A stretch of 64,000 nucleotides of DNA from Owenia fusiformis. Lineage: Eukaryota. Shown piece by piece: positions 58,381 to 64,000 of the stretch. Every line of letters starts with the position of its first letter. The stretch's first letter is position 1. The notes under the pieces were generated by a model. That model saw only the letters and a program-made list of their open reading frames with translations, did not search any database and was not told the DNA's origin. The stretch lies in contig CAIIXF020000001.1 of NCBI GenBank assembly GCA_903813345.2, forward strand, positions 45,322,001 to 45,386,000, written 5' to 3'. Position numbers and translations under genes: made by a program.

Positions 58381-61300
58381 TTGATTCACATTTTTTGCTG
58401 TGTAAGTTCTCATTTTGTTAAACGACTCGCGTAGTAATATCATATGACATGGTGGATGCACCGTGAATATTGTAAATATCATTATTGTATCCTCTTGAGC
58501 TTCCAGCTGGTTTATACAATGACATGCTTTCATTGTGCGTCTTTACTAAATCGTGACCAGTTATCATAGGGCGAGACGGTTGGGGACTTAATCTCTGTAC
58601 CACCGAACACATTATAAGTAGCTACTCTATGAACAGAGGCAATGACATCGACTGCACAAACACCTTGACGTAACTGAGAGTACTCTCTTCTTATTTATCT
58701 TAGAAATGGCAATTATTGACGCAGGTAAGGAAATAGTACATCAAAACACTCTTCTTTATCAGGAAGACCTAAGGCCTCTAAATCATAAGGTCTTCTCCAT
58801 ATACTAGGTGATAGTGGCTATGTTTTAAATCAATGAGAAGTTTCCCGTGGAAGGAATAATGCGACCCTCAACTCGCCCCCCCCCGACTATTACAGATAAT
58901 TTAGAATAGAAATCAGAAAGTAAAATGAATGTTAACTTTTACTAATTACATAGGTTAAGATCAGAGAATTGTTAAATTGTTAATAATTTAGTTTTTAAGA
59001 AGGTCATTTTACCCTTTTCAATATGAAATTCATATTTAGTCCGCCAGATGCCGGTCATCGGACAAGTCATTTAAGAATAACATGTCTCCGAAGATAGGTT
59101 CATTATCTGTTAATTTTTTACATCCGTCCAACAGAATTATGCAATAAATGATGTTGTTCGAAAGTTGGTACTCAGTGATATTTTCTCTACGACTGCAACA
59201 CATCGACCCCAGTTCCCTGATATAATTAAATTTCTGCGGCAACCATAGAATAACTACGGCCGCCGTAGGGACGCCCTACGCTGACCGTGCGTCTTCATTT
59301 GAAGGCCGTGCGACAATCATGATTTTTGATTTGTCGACCGGAATGTTACCGATCGCAGCTCAGATATGATAGACCGTACGGTCGCCGTAGCAAATGTAAC
59401 TGAGGTTCTAATGATGGTAGTTGTTCAGTAATGGTTTCCAGACAAGCCTATTCGCAGTTAAAAAGTATTCATAAGAGACGTCTTTAATGCATTAGAATAC
59501 GTAATCCATGCCAAATTTCCCTCGGGTGCACCTACAAACGTCCATATACACACTACTTTCATTTGTAACTTAATTACGAATGTTAATCACGGTTGGAGGC
59601 CAAAGAAGGTTGTCTTTCTTCGTCCATTTATACAGACGAATCCCTTTGTTACCAAAACCTCTGCTCTGTAAGTGTCTCAGAGGTAAACGAGAACAAGGCG
59701 ATATTAATATCAAAATAAGTTAGTAAAGATCTCATACATCGCTGGGCTCATCAAATATTCATTCGCATGATATGTTTCGAATTCTCGGGATTATCTACCT
59801 GGATCATTGTAGGAAATCATTTCATTAGATGTTAAATGAGTATAAGCTTGAATTTCAGGGGAGTAACCTTTATCATGTTCATAATGCTTTTTCCCCAATT
59901 ATACTTGAACAACAACGTAACGTAAGCCTTAGACTAGCCTGGGTTTTGAAGGACAGTCTGATTTCAGAAATGAAATTTTAAAAAGAAATCGAGACTAGGA
60001 ATTGAATTTCAACAATGTTAAGATTACAGCTCAAGGAATCCAATCCTTGTTCGTACTACACTGTCGGAATACCTCTTTGACATCAAGTCTCAGGACCCCT
60101 CACCCCATTTACCACACCTTCAGATCACAGACCTCCAGATCATTCCCTTGTTACACGACTCTGATTTTGGTAAATACATTAGGCGCTTATATTGATCGAC
60201 TAACAGATTAATGAATTTATTCTCTAGGACTTTTCAAGGGCCTAATCATGTATTATTCATAAAAGTCTTTGATCCCAAATCCTTTAATTCAGCAATGTCC
60301 CCTAAGTTTTCTCCACACTTCTCCCCACTCTTTGATTTTGAAGCGTGGCTGATAATGCTGATGCCCAGCCACAAGCACATGTGCACTTGTTTAATGTATT
60401 CTTTGGAGAAATATATAAATAAATAAATAAAAAATTTTTTTTGAAGCGATGAAAGCACTGATTCTAAATTATTGAATTCACTAATAAAAGTTATTGAGTG
60501 AAACACTGATCCATGAAGAATATGATATTTGAAGTCGCCTTATTTCTGATCCAAAGAATTTCTTCTAAAAGATGGCTTCGTGTGAGTTCAATTTTAACTT
60601 CTTGCTTTTAGGGTCTCATATCATAATTTTATGAATTCGGTTATTTAAATCCGTTCATCTTCCTAACTCAAAATAAGATACATTTTCATCTGTAGTGAAG
60701 GTTAAGATGGTGTTTTACTTATTCATTTCACGGACTTAGATTAGCTCCTTTTCTGTATTTCTTAGTAAGACTGACGTAAAACAACTGTATAGAAGGGAGA
60801 GAGAATGACAAATTGTAAATTGATCATTCAAGGCCAATCTTGTTGAAAAATAACGCTTTTTATTTCGTGCAAACGAGGTATTTTATTTGGCAATATGGAC
60901 ATTTTCAAATATGTTGAATCATCACGGTTAACTAAGGTTTGCTCTTTTGGAAGTTTTATGTGGAATCTGCAGCATTATAAGTCAAGTTTGAAAAATGAGA
61001 CTATAAATCAATCAATATAGCGATGCAGAAAATATTAGTTTCTTCGTTTCATTAATTAGAAGATGAGATTTATCGATTCATGGAAAATGAGAAGATTCGA
61101 ACACCGAAGAGTTGCACCTTGTTATAGACAATGTTATTTATAACTTTGTATGTAGCCTCATCCACTCCGACAAACTTCATGAAGTGATGACTAGTTTTGC
61201 ATATGAAACTCTCTTTTAAAGCACCATATGTTCTGTGTTCCCCCAAGGGTGCATCACGAAAGGGACACATGAAGCTTCAACGCAGCCCGGATCCTTAAAA

Positions 61301-61695
61301 AATAAGTTGGATTTTTATCACTTGAAAAGTGAAATATTGGTGAAAAAGACTGGTAACTGATTTAGGTGCATAAAACGTCCAGATCAGTTCCACTTTCGGG
61401 TATTACTTCATTTCACTGCATTGGAATCTAATTTATATCCAACGATAACGTGCCATCCAAATAATGGCGTGTTGGGAAATGTTTATCAACGTTCACAGTA
61501 TCACCTTGTCTGCATTATTGATGCCAGATTCGCATGGGTACATATACGTTATCTTAGCTAAGCAGTGTATAGGCTTGCTTGGTTGGTATACGATACGTTT
61601 TCCATATATTTAAGTACTCTTGAATTTTGAGATATCACGGAAAAGGGAACTTCAACAAAGACCTTTGCTGATATATACCATTTGTATAAGAATAT

Positions 61696-63215
61696 AAGAC
61701 AATCAGATAGGTCATTGTAAAGACATGGCTCTTATATCATTTCTGCAAGAACAAGACAATCAGATATGCCATTGTATAGACATGGCTCTTATACCATTTC
61801 TGCAAGAAGAAGACAATCAGATAGGTCATTGTAAAGACATGGCTCTTATATCATTTCTGCAAGAAGAAGACAATCAGATAGGTCATTGTAAATACGACTC
61901 TTATACACTTTCTACAAGAACAAGACAACCAGATAGGTCATTGTAAAGACGCTCTTATATCATTTCTACAAGAACAAGACAATCAGATATGTCATTGTAA
62001 AGACATGGCTCTTATACCATGTCTGCAAGAACAAGACAATCAGATAGGTCATTGTAAAGATATGACTCTTATACCATTTCTGCAAGAACAAGACAATCAG
62101 ATATGTCATTGTAAAGGCATGGCTCTTATACCATTTCTACAAGAACAAGACAATCAGATAGGTCATTGTTAAGACATTGCTCTTATACCAATTCTGCAAG
62201 AACAAGACAATCAGATAGGTCATTGTAAAGACATGACTCTTATACACTTTCTACAAGAACAAGACAATCAGATATGCCATTGTAAAGACATGACTCTTAT
62301 ACCATTTCTGCAAGAACGAGACAATCAGATAGGTCATTGTAAAGACATGGCTCTTATATCATTTCTACAAGAACAAGACAATCAGATAGGTCATTGCAAA
62401 GTCATGGCTCTTATACCATTTCTACAAGAACAAGCTAGACAATCAGATAGGTCATTGTAAAGACATGGCTCTTATATCATTTCTACAAGAACAAGACAAT
62501 CAGATAGGTCATTGCAAAGTCATGGCTCTTATACACTTTCTACAAGAACAAGACAATCAGATAGGTCATTGTAAAGACATGGCTCTTATATCATTTCTAC
62601 AAGAACAAGACAATCAGATAGGTCATTGCAAAGACATGGCTCTTATACACTTTCTACAAGAACAAGACAATCAGATATGTCATTGTAAATACATGACTCT
62701 TATACCATTTCTACAAGAACAAGACAATCAGATATGTCATTGTAAAGACATGGCTCTTATACCATTTCTACAAGAACAAGACAATCATATAGGTCATTGT
62801 AAAGAAATGACTCTTATACCATTTCTGCAAGAACAAGACAATCAGATAGGTCATTGTAAAGAAATGACTCTGATACACTTTCTACAAGAACAAGACAATC
62901 AGATATGTCATTGTAAATACATGACTCTTATACCATTTCTACAAGAACAAGACAATCAGATATGTCATTGTAAAGACATGGCTCTTATACCATTTGTACA
63001 AGAACAAGACAATCAGATAGGTCATTGCAAAGACATGGCTCTTATACACTTTCTACAAGAACAAGACAATCAGATATGTCATTGTAAATACATGACTCTT
63101 ATACCATTTCTACAAGAACAAGACAATCAGATATGTCATTGTAAAGACATGGCTCTTATACCATTTCTGCAAGAACAAGACAATCAGATAGGTCATTGTT
63201 AAGACATTGCTCTGA
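61696..63215. repeat. 57-bp tandem repeat, about 26 copies
   Basis: AAGACAATCAGATAGGTCATTGTAAAGACATGGCTCTTATATCATTTCT(G/A)CAAGAAC unit; indels at about 61895, 61950 and 62433 break the reading frame. Confidence 0.95.
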
Positions 63216-64000
63216 TAGCCAATGTTTCTAATGTAAATTAAAGTTATGTCAAGCTATGTCATTGTCAAAGAATAGCTCTGTCAAGACAGTCATTGTCTTG
63301 TTATGCCAATGGGAATTTTGAGGAATGGAATTTGACTAGATTTTTACATCGCTGATCTATCATATGTCATGTACAGTTTATTTTTATTTGTGGCTTTTAG
63401 ATATAGATTTACATTTTCTATATATGGCATACCATTACATATGTCACTGATTATCAAGGCATACCATTGTATGACACATGCCACTGTTGATCTATTTAGT
63501 CGAGCCCTCTCCCAAAATACTTGCTTTTCCATTATAATAGTATATCTAGTATACCACATTAAAGTGGCAATTTCTGCTATAGATCGTCCGTTTCAGCACA
63601 TGAGATGGACATCAAAATGATGCTTTACCATTGTTGATCAGTGCCATTTTTGAGATATGCCATTTTAAATGTCATAATGAACATCCAACTAATATGTCAA
63701 TGTCGAGCTAAACCCTTGCTGCCTTGCGTTTTTTACCATATCATTGCCAAGATTTGTCATTGTAAAACTATGCTATGCTAGATAAATATCAGATTCGTCC
63801 AATGTAATCATTTACACTTTTTCTATCTGAATGAGTGAGTAATAGAAATTTATTGCGTGCCTCTGGCTTGCAGGGTGAACTAATATAGAGACTATATTCT
63901 ATAATCTCAGCATGGCTGAGTAAATACCAGCAAATCCTAATAGACAATAGATTAACGATTCTAGATTAGACATTCTAGTAAAACAATGAACAAGTGGATG

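Larger units (their letters stand above)
48827..58402. mobile_element. 9.6-kb element with 461-bp TIRs built from tandem repeats and a 3-bp TSD (CACTA/EnSpm-like or foldback, non-autonomous)
   Basis: CACAGCAAAAAATG ... CATTTTTTGCTGTG termini; TAA at 48824-48826 and 58403-58405; arms 48827-49287 and 57942-58402 mirror each other. Confidence 0.75.

Noticed and set aside
48850..63215. CRISPR-like arrays
   Set aside because: The DNA is eukaryotic, the units repeat head to tail without unique spacers, and there are no cas genes.

Overview
AT-rich, intron-rich animal genomic DNA, most likely a mollusc (inferred from the PKA sequence, which resembles Aplysia). From left to right on the + strand are the last two exons of a microsomal epoxide hydrolase (EPHX1-like) and a complete four-exon gene for a 137-aa secreted Cys-rich protein with an EMI-like domain (missed by the ORF track). 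A complete PKA catalytic subunit gene lies on the - strand at 5615-35253, extending to 43388 with an alternative first exon. The main result is the PKA gene's splicing system. It has two alternative first exons and three separate clusters of tandemly duplicated, apparently mutually exclusive exons (exon 4 x2, exon 6 x3, exon 8 x2), giving up to 24 isoforms. The two exon 8 copies differ by a single K/R residue. An intronic element just after exon 6c can pair with motifs after exons 6b and 6c and is also a perfect 17-nt complement of the exon 8b splice acceptor 7.5 kb away. This suggests competing RNA structures that could couple two exon clusters. Introns and the right third of the window hold many non-autonomous DNA transposons. 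These include two CAC...GTG elements with 5-bp TSDs (Transib-like, one carrying a tRNA-Gly-derived Pol III cassette) and a 9.6-kb element with 461-bp satellite-built TIRs. There are also 21-bp and 57-bp tandem arrays. All calls were made by eye; no database search or folding program was run.
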